Below, piece after piece: positions 48,834 to 58,143 of a DNA stretch of 64,000 nt (the stretch's first letter is position 1; each line of letters starts with the position of its first letter). A program made the position numbers and the translations under genes. Below the pieces are notes generated by a model that searched no databases, was not told the origin of the DNA, and was given only the letters and a program-made list of their open reading frames with translations. This DNA comes from Phycisphaeraceae bacterium. GTDB taxonomy: Bacteria; Planctomycetota; Phycisphaerae; Phycisphaerales; Phycisphaeraceae. The stretch lies in the NCBI GenBank assembly GCA_963674705.1, contig OY771506.1:4160001-4224000 (forward strand). The letters run 5' to 3'.

Positions 48834-51251
48834 ATGTCTTTTCAGTATTTTGATAATTCAACTGCCTCCAGCAATCACATACCCTGGCGAGGCCTGGAAG
48901 AACTCGAACCCCGCCTGCTGCTCAGCGCCGATTCTGTAAGCGCTACTGCTGATGAAGTGCTGGCGGCGTCAACGCTTAGCCAGGATATCAGTGTCGTCCC
49001 GTTACTAGATGGCGAGACAGTCTCTTGGGGCAACAACTTGCTGAACCGTTTCGGGGGCGTGACGAACCTTACGTATAACGCCGCGGTTTCGCATACCACA
49101 GACGCCTCGCTTGTCCATTCCGGCGACGGCGCAATGCTCATGAATGTCGGCGTCGCGACCGGAAGCTTTGGGTTTGCCATCACAGCGCTCGGCGGAACAG
49201 AACTCAATTCATCCTACACTGATACACGGGACCTGACCGCATACGAATCGGTGCGCCTGTACATACGCAACCGTACGGGGGCCGACTTCACTTTCCGCTT
49301 CGAAGTAAAAGACTACCGCGACGATAACGCACACCGTGCCAGCCAATCCTTTGTTATCGATGCAACGGACCAGTGGGTTGAAATCAACATCTCTCTGGAT
49401 TTGTCCGATCCTGCATGGAGCATCGTAGGCTCGCCTGACTTCAGCCGGGCGCGTCAGTTCGCTTTACTCGTGCAGGCAGACCAGGGGCAAGCCGTCTATG
49501 GCAATATCGCTTTTGACGATATTTCTCTGATCGAGCCGGGCGGCGTGCTCGACCCCGCTACCGCGCCGCTGGAAGACCTTGTCGCACGTCTTGCAGAGCG
49601 TCAGTTCCGCGCAATGTGGGGCGCACGTGATCCGCAGACCGGTGCGCTGGAAACCAATTCGCCCAACGGCCGTCTATTAGCGATGAACACCACCGGCACG
49701 CTCGTCAAGTTGCTGCCCGGGGCGATAGAGCGTGGGTGGATCACACAAGCTGAAGGCGATGCGTTTGTCCAGACGTTGTTGAATACGCTCAATACGACCA
49801 TGGATAACGTCCAGGCCGCCGGTGATGGAGGATACCTGCCACCGCGGTATATCGATCGCGCGACATTTACCGCAGCTTCTCCCTACGAAGAATCCAGCAT
49901 CGATGCGGCGTTCATGTTCCTGGCCTTGTATCAGTACAAATCACAAGCGGGCATCTCATCGACGTTGCAGGCCAATGTCGAGGCGATGCTCGATCGGTTC
50001 AACTTCGCAGCGTTCAGTTCCTCCAACGGCTGGCGGATGGCGTGGTTTGAAAATACCCACACCTTCACCGGCGCGACATACAGCGGCTACGGCGGTGAAA
50101 ACTGGGTGATTTCACTGGCGGCACACCTGTCGACAACCCATCATGTCGACATCACCACGCACTATAACGCAAACATTGATCGCACTAAGACGTACCTGGT
50201 CAATGCCGAAAACTACCACCTGATCCACAGCAGTGAGTTATACCGTCCGCCGTTCGTGCAATGGCTATTTGACCTGTTTGTCGACACGAATGATCGCGGA
50301 TGGGATTCCTATCCGAATATCTGGGTACGCGGCAATCCGTTCGACAACGCGGTTCTTTATCAAAAGGACGTTGACGACTACTTCGAATCGATCGGCAGGG
50401 GCCTGTTCTTACAGCCGGATGCCGGTTCGAGCGGCTCGCAATATCAGCAATTCAGCGCCTATGCAAATTACGGCGAGCCATACGTTTTCATGCCCTGGTC
50501 CGTGGCGTTCAGCCTGCTGGGTGATCCGCAGGGAGCGGAAGCTTCGCTGCGCAATTCACTGATGCACAACCTGCAAGGTCCGTTCGGTCTGAGCGATTCC
50601 GCGATCTGGGCGACCGGCGCCGCAGAACCCACCAGCTACCCGGCTGCGAATGACCTGTGGAACACGTCCCTGTCCACGATGGCGTTGATGGAATATCTCT
50701 ACGACGATAACCAGGCCTTCACCGAGCTGCCCGAAGTCGTCGCTGCGCTGGATGCGGTATTCCCCGGCACCATCATCGATGGTGATTTGAATAAAGACGG
50801 GTACGTCGGCCTCGACGATCTGGATATCGTGCTGGAAAACTGGAACCAGACCGTTGCACCGGGCAGCTACTACTCCGGCGATCCGACCGGCGATGGTTAC
50901 GTCGGCCTGGATGACCTGGACTTTGTCCTGAACAACTGGAATGCAGGCACGCCACCGGCTGCCGAAGTTGAAGAAGTCGCTGATGAGATCGTCGCAGCAT
51001 CTGTCACGACTATGACAAGCATAACCTCCGCATCAAGCAATCAGCTTGCAAGGAACAGCGATACACCTGATGCGTCGAATGATTCAGCTAATGCAGATGC
51101 ATCGGTTGCCTTATGGCAGCAGAAGCAGGCCCAATCGAGCGCTAAACAGCGATTCATGTTCAGTACCACGTCACATAACTCGGGGCTATTGGATAACTCA
51201 ATAGGCCTGCCATCACTCGGTTTGTGGGAGCCGGGTGACGAGTATGGATGA
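48834..51251 (+). CDS. Extracellular LEPRxLL-type protein: CBM-like domain + GH144/glucoamylase-like helical domain + dockerin-like module
   Basis: LEELEPRLLLS; RDLTAYESVRLYIR...WVEINISL; AIERGWI, ESSIDAAF, YSGYGGE; no PEP-CTERM. Confidence 0.7.
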   Translation: MSFQYFDNSTASSNHIPWRGLEELEPRLLLSADSVSATADEVLAASTLSQDISVVPLLDGETVSWGNNLLNRFGGVTNLTYNAAVSHTTDASLVHSGDGAMLMNVGVATGSFGFAITALGGTELNSSYTDTRDLTAYESVRLYIRNRTGADFTFRFEVKDYRDDNAHRASQSFVIDATDQWVEINISLDLSDPAWSIVGSPDFSRARQFALLVQADQGQAVYGNIAFDDISLIEPGGVLDPATAPLEDLVARLAERQFRAMWGARDPQTGALETNSPNGRLLAMNTTGTLVKLLPGAIERGWITQAEGDAFVQTLLNTLNTTMDNVQAAGDGGYLPPRYIDRATFTAASPYEESSIDAAFMFLALYQYKSQAGISSTLQANVEAMLDRFNFAAFSSSNGWRMAWFENTHTFTGATYSGYGGENWVISLAAHLSTTHHVDITTHYNANIDRTKTYLVNAENYHLIHSSELYRPPFVQWLFDLFVDTNDRGWDSYPNIWVRGNPFDNAVLYQKDVDDYFESIGRGLFLQPDAGSSGSQYQQFSAYANYGEPYVFMPWSVAFSLLGDPQGAEASLRNSLMHNLQGPFGLSDSAIWATGAAEPTSYPAANDLWNTSLSTMALMEYLYDDNQAFTELPEVVAALDAVFPGTIIDGDLNKDGYVGLDDLDIVLENWNQTVAPGSYYSGDPTGDGYVGLDDLDFVLNNWNAGTPPAAEVEEVADEIVAASVTTMTSITSASSNQLARNSDTPDASNDSANADASVALWQQKQAQSSAKQRFMFSTTSHNSGLLDNSIGLPSLGLWEPGDEYG

Positions 51252-51337
51252 TGTGGCTACACGGTAAGACTTATATCCTGCAGGCTGGTGTCAACGACCT
51301 CCTGCTACAACCGACTGGCACAGACAGGAGATGAGCC

Positions 51338-54300
51338 ATTAAAGCGATCACACGATTACTCGTATGCCTGACGCTGTCGATTGTTATTGTTTCGACCGTG
51401 TCTGTATCTGCAGAATCCAAACCTGCTCCGGAAAGTAGTGTTTACACGCTTAACCAAAGCGATGAAGCATTTCTCGATGAATACCAACAAAGGTGCTTCC
51501 GCTTCTTCTGGGAGCAGGCGGAGCCCACGACGGGACTGGTGGCCGATCGCGCCCCGGCGGATGGCAGCGAAAAGTTCGACGTCGCCAGCGTAGCAGCCAC
51601 AGGCTACGGCTTGGTCGCAGTCTGCATCGCCGATGAACGCGGGTGGATCGGACATGATGAAGCTTATAACCGTGTGCTGACCACTTTACGCTTCATCTGG
51701 AATGACATGCCTCACGAGCATGGATTCTATTACCACTTCGTGAATCACAAAACAGGCGAACGCTCGTGGAATTGCGAGCTTTCTTCGGTAGATACCGGAC
51801 TTCTGCTCGGCGGCATCATGGTCGCGAAGCAGTATTACAAGGGCACTGAGGTTGAAGAACTTGCTACGAAGATCTACGAACGCGTGGACTGGCCTTGGAT
51901 GCGCGGCACACACCAGACACTGACCATGGGCTGGAACCCTGAAAACGGTTTCCTCGGCGCAACATGGGATGGCTACAGCGAACACACGATCCTCTACCTG
52001 CTCGGTATCGCATCACCAACTCACCCGCTGCCCGCCGACGCCTGGCGCATCTGGCACCGCGTGCCCATCATCAGCTATGATGAGTTCACTTTCATGGCGT
52101 GCCCGCCGTTGTTCACTCACCAGTTCTCACACGCTTTCGTGGATTACCGTAACAAGCGCGACCACATCGGCGATTACTACCTCAACTCGGTACTTGCCAC
52201 AAAAGCGCAGCAGCGCATGTGTGAACGGCTGAGCAAGCGCTTCCCGCATTACAGCAACAGGGTGTGGGGTATTTCCGCGTCAGATTATGCAGGTGGATAC
52301 ATCGCCTGGGGCGGTCCTCCTGCAACGTCTGATATTGATGGCTCTGTTGTGCCATACGCTCCGTCGGGCTCTGTGCCATTCGTGCCGGAAGAGTGCATCC
52401 CCACACTGGTACAACTGAAAAAACTATACGGCGACAAGATCTGGAAACACTACGGCTTCGTCGACGCGTTTAACCCACAAACCGACTACGTCGCAAGAGA
52501 TGTCATCGGGATCGACGTCGGCATCTCGCTGATGATGATCGAGAACTACCGAAGCGGATTTGTCTGGAAGCACTTCATGGCCAACCCCGAAGCACAAAAA
52601 GCAATGCAGATCGCGGGCTTGATATCTACAGATAAAAACCTCCCCGATGCCGACATCGAGTATCTCAGGGGTATTGCCGACGACACATGGCGATGTATCG
52701 CCGATACCGCAGATGCAAAGACAGGGCTACCCGCCGATCGCGTTGGCGGCGATGGGATCACGAGCGTTTCCAACATCGGCATCTATTTAGCCAGCACCGC
52801 AGTCGCACAGAAGATGGGTTTTATCGACCGTGAAGAGGCCGTGAAACGGATAGACAAGTGCTTGAGCAGTGTGGAGTCCTTGCCGACGACACACGGCTTT
52901 CAGCAGAGCTGGCACGATGTGAAGACGCTGGAGCCTTCCACCGCCGATCCGTGGATTTCGGTCTTGGATTCGGGCAATCTGGTCGGTGGATTGATGGCGG
53001 TATCGCAGGCACTTCCCGAATTCAGCGAACGCTGCAATAAGCTCATCAACGCGATGGACTGGGCTGCCTTTTACGACGAAGACAGCGGCCGGCTTCTGGG
53101 CGGGTACAACGTCAAGGAACAAAAGGTCAACGCCGACTGGAAGCTGGACCTGCTCGGTACCGATGCCCGCCTGGCGCAGTTCCTGGCGATCGCGACAAAC
53201 AAAGCGCCGGCTACGATGTGGGATGAACTCAAACGTGATAAGGAATCCAAGTATGGCGCCCGTTACCTGTCGCCCGGCTGGCAGGGTGGTGGACTGTTCA
53301 TGCAGTATGTCAACGGCCTGTTCCTTGATGACGCCGACACACTGATGGGCCGAAGCGCGGAAAACTTCGCCTATGCCCAGATCAGACACGCTCAAGAAAA
53401 TGACTACCCCGTCTGGGGCTGGTCCGCGAGCGCTTCGCCTGATGGCAAAGCGTATCTTGGGTGGGGCGGTCTGGTGGATGAAGTCGTTGCACCCCATGCC
53501 TGTGTGTTAGCGATCGATTCATTCCCCACTGAGGTTGTCAGCAATCTAAAGAAACTCGAGGCCATGGGCGCCCGCCCAGGCAGCATGGGTTTTGTTGACT
53601 CAGTCAATATCGAAACCGGTCAGTTGTCGGATCAATACCTCGTCTGGGATCAGGGGATGCTGCTGCTGGCGCTCGCCAATTATCTTGAAGATGACATTGT
53701 CCGCCGATGGGTATCAGCAAACGCGATAGCCAGCCACGGCTACGAACAGATCGCCGACTATCAGGATCGTTCATTTGGCGATAACAACAGTGTGTATAAC
53801 CTTGAACGCGCGATGCCAAGCCAGATGCTCTATGCGAGCTGGAACCGAAACAATCGCACCGCCAGGGTTACGCCGTTTAAACATGGCTGGGAACAAGCTG
53901 ATTGGCATCAATTGACAGTCGACGACAGTCTTGAAACCGGTCAACCTACTTCAGACAACACTGTCTCCGCACGCTTTGCATACGCCTGGGACTACAAGGC
54001 GCTGCACATCGTCGTTTTTGTCGATGATGCCCATGTCCATGATGCGGACAATAATGTGAGTCTGTTCGATCGCGATTGCATCGAGATTTTTCTTGATCCT
54101 GATAACGATGGCTTGACGTGGAAGAGCAGGGAAGATTTTCAATTCGGTCTGGCAGTCCCGGACCGTGTGATCGAAGCATTCGGCAACCGTCATGCTGGTG
54201 TTACCCGAGAGATCAAGCGGGTTGATAGTGGCTACGAAGCACGCATTGCGATCCCCTGGCGTCTATTAGGCGTCAAGCCAACCGCCGGCTTGAAGATGGG

Positions 54301-54415
54301 TGCTAGTGTCGCGGTAAAGAGTGTGGACGAGCAGGGCACAAATCCCGTCAAGTTGAATTGGCAATACCAACCCCAGGATGGGCAAGTGAAGTTGGGAGAA
54401 CTCGCTCTGGAATGA
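51338..54415 (+). CDS. Secreted tandem glucoamylase-family (GH144-like endo-beta-1,2-glucanase) domains + C-terminal CBM9-like domain; probable AUU start (ORF track start 51398)
   Basis: Domain 1: FRFFWE, ASVAATGYGL, ELSSVDT, WDGYSE, PPLFTHQFSH, YGFVDAFNP. Domain 2: TSVSNIG, DSGNL. C-terminus: WD..ALHI...DD, DCIEIFLD, YEARIAIPW. Confidence 0.82.
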   Translation: MKAITRLLVCLTLSIVIVSTVSVSAESKPAPESSVYTLNQSDEAFLDEYQQRCFRFFWEQAEPTTGLVADRAPADGSEKFDVASVAATGYGLVAVCIADERGWIGHDEAYNRVLTTLRFIWNDMPHEHGFYYHFVNHKTGERSWNCELSSVDTGLLLGGIMVAKQYYKGTEVEELATKIYERVDWPWMRGTHQTLTMGWNPENGFLGATWDGYSEHTILYLLGIASPTHPLPADAWRIWHRVPIISYDEFTFMACPPLFTHQFSHAFVDYRNKRDHIGDYYLNSVLATKAQQRMCERLSKRFPHYSNRVWGISASDYAGGYIAWGGPPATSDIDGSVVPYAPSGSVPFVPEECIPTLVQLKKLYGDKIWKHYGFVDAFNPQTDYVARDVIGIDVGISLMMIENYRSGFVWKHFMANPEAQKAMQIAGLISTDKNLPDADIEYLRGIADDTWRCIADTADAKTGLPADRVGGDGITSVSNIGIYLASTAVAQKMGFIDREEAVKRIDKCLSSVESLPTTHGFQQSWHDVKTLEPSTADPWISVLDSGNLVGGLMAVSQALPEFSERCNKLINAMDWAAFYDEDSGRLLGGYNVKEQKVNADWKLDLLGTDARLAQFLAIATNKAPATMWDELKRDKESKYGARYLSPGWQGGGLFMQYVNGLFLDDADTLMGRSAENFAYAQIRHAQENDYPVWGWSASASPDGKAYLGWGGLVDEVVAPHACVLAIDSFPTEVVSNLKKLEAMGARPGSMGFVDSVNIETGQLSDQYLVWDQGMLLLALANYLEDDIVRRWVSANAIASHGYEQIADYQDRSFGDNNSVYNLERAMPSQMLYASWNRNNRTARVTPFKHGWEQADWHQLTVDDSLETGQPTSDNTVSARFAYAWDYKALHIVVFVDDAHVHDADNNVSLFDRDCIEIFLDPDNDGLTWKSREDFQFGLAVPDRVIEAFGNRHAGVTREIKRVDSGYEARIAIPWRLLGVKPTAGLKMGASVAVKSVDEQGTNPVKLNWQYQPQDGQVKLGELALE

Positions 54416-55869
54416 GTATGTCGAGCCGATTATCCAGTCTATTTAGCGCGAGTATACGCTTGCATGCTGTTCTATGGCTGTGTGCTGTAACCACATTACT
54501 GGCGAGCTGTGGCGAGCAGCAAGCAGACCATACCCCCGACGGCCGAGTGATCGTCTATTACTGGGAGAAGTGGACCGGCTTCGAGGCGGATGCGATGCGC
54601 GCCGTCGTCGACGACTTCAACGCATCGCAGGAAGACGTCTTTGTCAAGATGCTTGCAGTCAGCGGTGTCGATCAGAAACTGCTATTGGCGGCGGCAGGCG
54701 GTAATCCACCGGATGTGGCGGGCGTTTGGACGCATACCATCAGCGTGTTTGCTGAAAAAGGAGCGCTAACCCCATTGGATGGTTATGCCGCGTCTTCAGG
54801 GATCAGCCGTGACGACTACATCCCCGCCATCTACGATCAATGCACACACCGCGATCATCTATGGGCGCTACCGACGACGCCGGCAACCATCGCACTGCAT
54901 TGGAACAAATCGCTTTTCGAAGAAGCGGGGCTGGACCCCGACACACCGCCACGCGATATCGAAGAGTTCGAACGATACGTCGAACGTCTCACGATTGTCG
55001 AACAAGTCCGTGACGGCAAACTTCAGAAGTTACGCTACGACGAACTGACCGATGCCGAAAAGCAGGCCAAGGACTTCAACATCATCCAGCTCGGTCACAA
55101 TCCACGGATACCCGGCTGGTGGCTCGAACTATGGGGCTTCTGGTTCGACGGCCAAATGTGGGACGGCGACAGGCAGATCACCATCCAATCACCTGAAAAC
55201 GTAGAAGCCTACGAGTGGTTCAGAAGCTATCCGCAGCGTTTCGGCCGACGTAATCTGGATACGTTCGGCGCATCCTTCGGCAACTTCGCATCGCCACAGG
55301 ATCCATTTCTTTCGGGCCAGGTAGCGATGGTGATCCAGGGCGAGTGGATGTACAACTTCATCGATCAATACGCCCCGCAGATGCGCTGGGGCGCTGCGCC
55401 CTTCCCGGCAGCACAATTTCAGACCGATGCGCCCGTGACCGTGCTCGAATCAGATGTGCTTGTCATACCGCGCGGTGCAAAGCACCCCGATGAGGCATTC
55501 GAGTTCATCACGTATGTAAACAGCCAAAAGGCGATCGAAAAACTGAATATCGGGCAACGCAAGTTCAGCCCGCTTGCGGAAGTTAGTAACGACTTCTTTG
55601 CCAAACACCCGAACAAGCACATCAAAGTATTCATCGATCTGGCGTCCAGTCCGCGCGCTCATGCCTGGCCCACGCTGCCGATTTGGAACGAGTACCGTGA
55701 TGAGATACGTATCGCGACCGACAGAATCTATGCGGGCGATGTCACAACACAACAGGCACTGACGGATGTCTACGATCGCGCGCAGTTGAAACTCGATCGT
55801 GCGATGCACCGATGGGACATGGTTGCCGAATCACGACTAGCAGAGTGGGGGAGCTATGACCAGAGGTGA
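54412..55869 (+). CDS. Carbohydrate ABC transporter substrate-binding lipoprotein
   Basis: ATGA overlap with the upstream stop; lipobox LLASC; GGNPPDV, WNKSLFEEAGLDP, FLSGQVAMVIQGEW. Confidence 0.92.
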   Translation: MSMSSRLSSLFSASIRLHAVLWLCAVTTLLASCGEQQADHTPDGRVIVYYWEKWTGFEADAMRAVVDDFNASQEDVFVKMLAVSGVDQKLLLAAAGGNPPDVAGVWTHTISVFAEKGALTPLDGYAASSGISRDDYIPAIYDQCTHRDHLWALPTTPATIALHWNKSLFEEAGLDPDTPPRDIEEFERYVERLTIVEQVRDGKLQKLRYDELTDAEKQAKDFNIIQLGHNPRIPGWWLELWGFWFDGQMWDGDRQITIQSPENVEAYEWFRSYPQRFGRRNLDTFGASFGNFASPQDPFLSGQVAMVIQGEWMYNFIDQYAPQMRWGAAPFPAAQFQTDAPVTVLESDVLVIPRGAKHPDEAFEFITYVNSQKAIEKLNIGQRKFSPLAEVSNDFFAKHPNKHIKVFIDLASSPRAHAWPTLPIWNEYRDEIRIATDRIYAGDVTTQQALTDVYDRAQLKLDRAMHRWDMVAESRLAEWGSYDQR

Positions 55870-56743
55870 ACGCCACAACCTGTACAAGGGCCTCGCCTTT
55901 ATCAGCCCGTGGATCATCGGTTTTGCCTTGTTCGGGCTGTACCCCATCTTCGCATCACTGTATTACTCGTTCTGCGACTACGATGTACTCAACGAGCCTG
56001 TATTCGTCGGCACGTTAAATTACCAGGACATGGTTTACGATGTTGTGTTCTGGAAGTCGATCTATAACACAGCGTATTACGCTCTTTTCACTATCCCGCT
56101 TGGGATGATGCTGGCCTTGCTGATCGCGGTCGGCCTGAACCAGCAGATCGTCGCACGCTCTGCCTTGCGCACCGTTTACTTCCTCCCATCCATCGTCCCC
56201 CTGGTCGGCGTGGCAATGATCTGGCTTTGGATATTCAACGGCGAATACGGCCTGATCAATTACGCGCTGGGCTGGTTCGGCATACCCGATCCCGGCTGGC
56301 TCACCGATGAGCACTGGGTCAAACCGACGCTCGTACTCTCAGGCGTCTGGCAGATCGGCGGCACGATCGTGCTCTTCCTCGCCGCGCTGCAGGATGTGCC
56401 CAAAGCACTCTATGAATCGGCGCAGATAGACGGCGCATCAGCCCCCGTACAGTTCCGACACATCACGGTCCCGCTGATCTCACCCGTGATCTACTTCAAC
56501 CTCGTCATGGGTATCATCGGTGCGTTGCAGGAATTCGTCAGGCCGTTCGTCATGCTCGGCGGCCCGGGGCCGAACCGTTCTGCGCTGTTCTATGTCATCA
56601 ACCTATATCAAAACGCATTCCAATACCTGAACATGGGCTACGCTTGTGCGATGGCGTGGATCTTATTCATCGTGATCATCCTGCTTACCTGGGGCGTCAC
56701 CGTGATCTCTCGCAAACATATCTATTACGGGGGCGAAGGCTGA
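55856..56743 (+). CDS. Carbohydrate ABC transporter permease (MalF/UgpA-like)
   Basis: FISPWIIGF; EAA loop LYESAQIDGA; MGYACAMAW. Confidence 0.95.
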   Translation: MTRGERHNLYKGLAFISPWIIGFALFGLYPIFASLYYSFCDYDVLNEPVFVGTLNYQDMVYDVVFWKSIYNTAYYALFTIPLGMMLALLIAVGLNQQIVARSALRTVYFLPSIVPLVGVAMIWLWIFNGEYGLINYALGWFGIPDPGWLTDEHWVKPTLVLSGVWQIGGTIVLFLAALQDVPKALYESAQIDGASAPVQFRHITVPLISPVIYFNLVMGIIGALQEFVRPFVMLGGPGPNRSALFYVINLYQNAFQYLNMGYACAMAWILFIVIILLTWGVTVISRKHIYYGGEG

Positions 56744-56744
56744 T

Positions 56745-58100
56745 ATGCGAGCGATCAATAAAATCCTGCTTTACATTGTCCTGCTGGGCGGGGCGACGAT
56801 TTTTGTCGTCCCCATGCTATGGATGTTGTCCACGGCCGTGAAGCCGATCGATCAGGCCATGTCCAGCCCGCCGCAGTGGATGCCATATGAATGGATATGG
56901 CAGAACAACGACGAAGAGCTATCCGTCGGCGTCGCCGAGATGCCCGAAGATGTTCAAGCGGATACGCCTGTCCAGATCGATACAGCCTACCAGTGGCGCG
57001 TGGTACTTGATGATGAACCCGTACCCGTAAGTATCAACGAGCCCATCTCCACATCATCAGACACTCTCGCCAGCATCACAGCTAATTACCATCTTTACGC
57101 CAATATCGATGGCCAATGGCTGCTGGCGAAAGCAGAGAATCCTGAATCGCTATTGACCAGCTCAGAGCCCGTCAGCATCGTTGTCATGGATAAAGAAGGC
57201 TACACCTTCCGCAAGACCGTGTCGCCCGATGATATCAAACGCACTTTCGATCTGACACAAGACGACGTCAGGATCAGCTTCGGCGAAACCCTGCAATTGG
57301 AAGTCTCCCCCGATAAGCTCAACAAGCACTACGTCAAGTGGGATGACCGCCAGGAGCTGGCGCATGTGCTCGTCGAATCGCATACCGTCGAAGCGGGCAC
57401 ATTAACAAAAAGCATCTCGCCTCGCTGGCAGAACTTTCCCAAAGCGATCACCGCGATGGGCCACTTTGGAGACTACCTGCGCAACACGCTTGTCTTGTGC
57501 GTTCTAACCGTCATCGGCACGGTTATTTCAAGCACGCTCGTCGCATATGGTTTTAGCCGAATCAACTGGCCCGGACGTGATAAAGTTTTCGTTTTCGTCC
57601 TCGCCACGATGATGATCCCGGGCCCCGTGCTGATGGTGCCGCTTTTCACGATGTTCAAAACCTTCGGCTGGATCGGCACGCTCAAACCGTTATGGATCCC
57701 GACGTTCTTTGCCGGTGCGTTCAACGTCTTCCTGCTGCGCCAGTTCTTCAAAACGATCCCCAAAGACCTGTCAGACTCGGCACGGATCGACGGCTGCAAC
57801 GAGCTGCGTATCTTCTGGCAGATTGTCGTCCCCCTCGCCAAGCCAGCCATCACCGTGGTCGCGCTCTTCCAGTTCATGGCCACGTGGAACGACTTCCTCG
57901 GCCCACTGATCTATCTGACCGACCAGAATGACTTTACCCTGGCCCTGGGACTGCAGTTCTTCCAGAGCCAGCACGGCGGCACGCAGTGGCACTACCTCAT
58001 GGCGGCGAGTGCGCTGGTCGTATTGCCCATAATCGTCCTGTTTTTCCTCGCTCAAAGAACCTTCATCGAGGGGATCTCGATGACCGGCCTCAAGGGCTAA
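56745..58100 (+). CDS. Carbohydrate ABC transporter permease (MalG/UgpE-like) with a large periplasmic insertion
   Basis: IPKDLSDSARIDG, WNDFLGPLIY, QRTFIEGI; about 180 extra residues after TM1. Confidence 0.93.
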   Translation: MRAINKILLYIVLLGGATIFVVPMLWMLSTAVKPIDQAMSSPPQWMPYEWIWQNNDEELSVGVAEMPEDVQADTPVQIDTAYQWRVVLDDEPVPVSINEPISTSSDTLASITANYHLYANIDGQWLLAKAENPESLLTSSEPVSIVVMDKEGYTFRKTVSPDDIKRTFDLTQDDVRISFGETLQLEVSPDKLNKHYVKWDDRQELAHVLVESHTVEAGTLTKSISPRWQNFPKAITAMGHFGDYLRNTLVLCVLTVIGTVISSTLVAYGFSRINWPGRDKVFVFVLATMMIPGPVLMVPLFTMFKTFGWIGTLKPLWIPTFFAGAFNVFLLRQFFKTIPKDLSDSARIDGCNELRIFWQIVVPLAKPAITVVALFQFMATWNDFLGPLIYLTDQNDFTLALGLQFFQSQHGGTQWHYLMAASALVVLPIIVLFFLAQRTFIEGISMTGLKG

Positions 58101-58143
58101 CCAGCCCCGGCCGTTTTGATGCTAACGCGGATCGGAGTATGTT

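Noticed and set aside
20590..50958. Diversity-generating retroelement suggested by near-identical dockerin-coding repeats
   Set aside because: No reverse transcriptase; all copies are in-frame protein modules and the differences look largely synonymous rather than adenine-specific.
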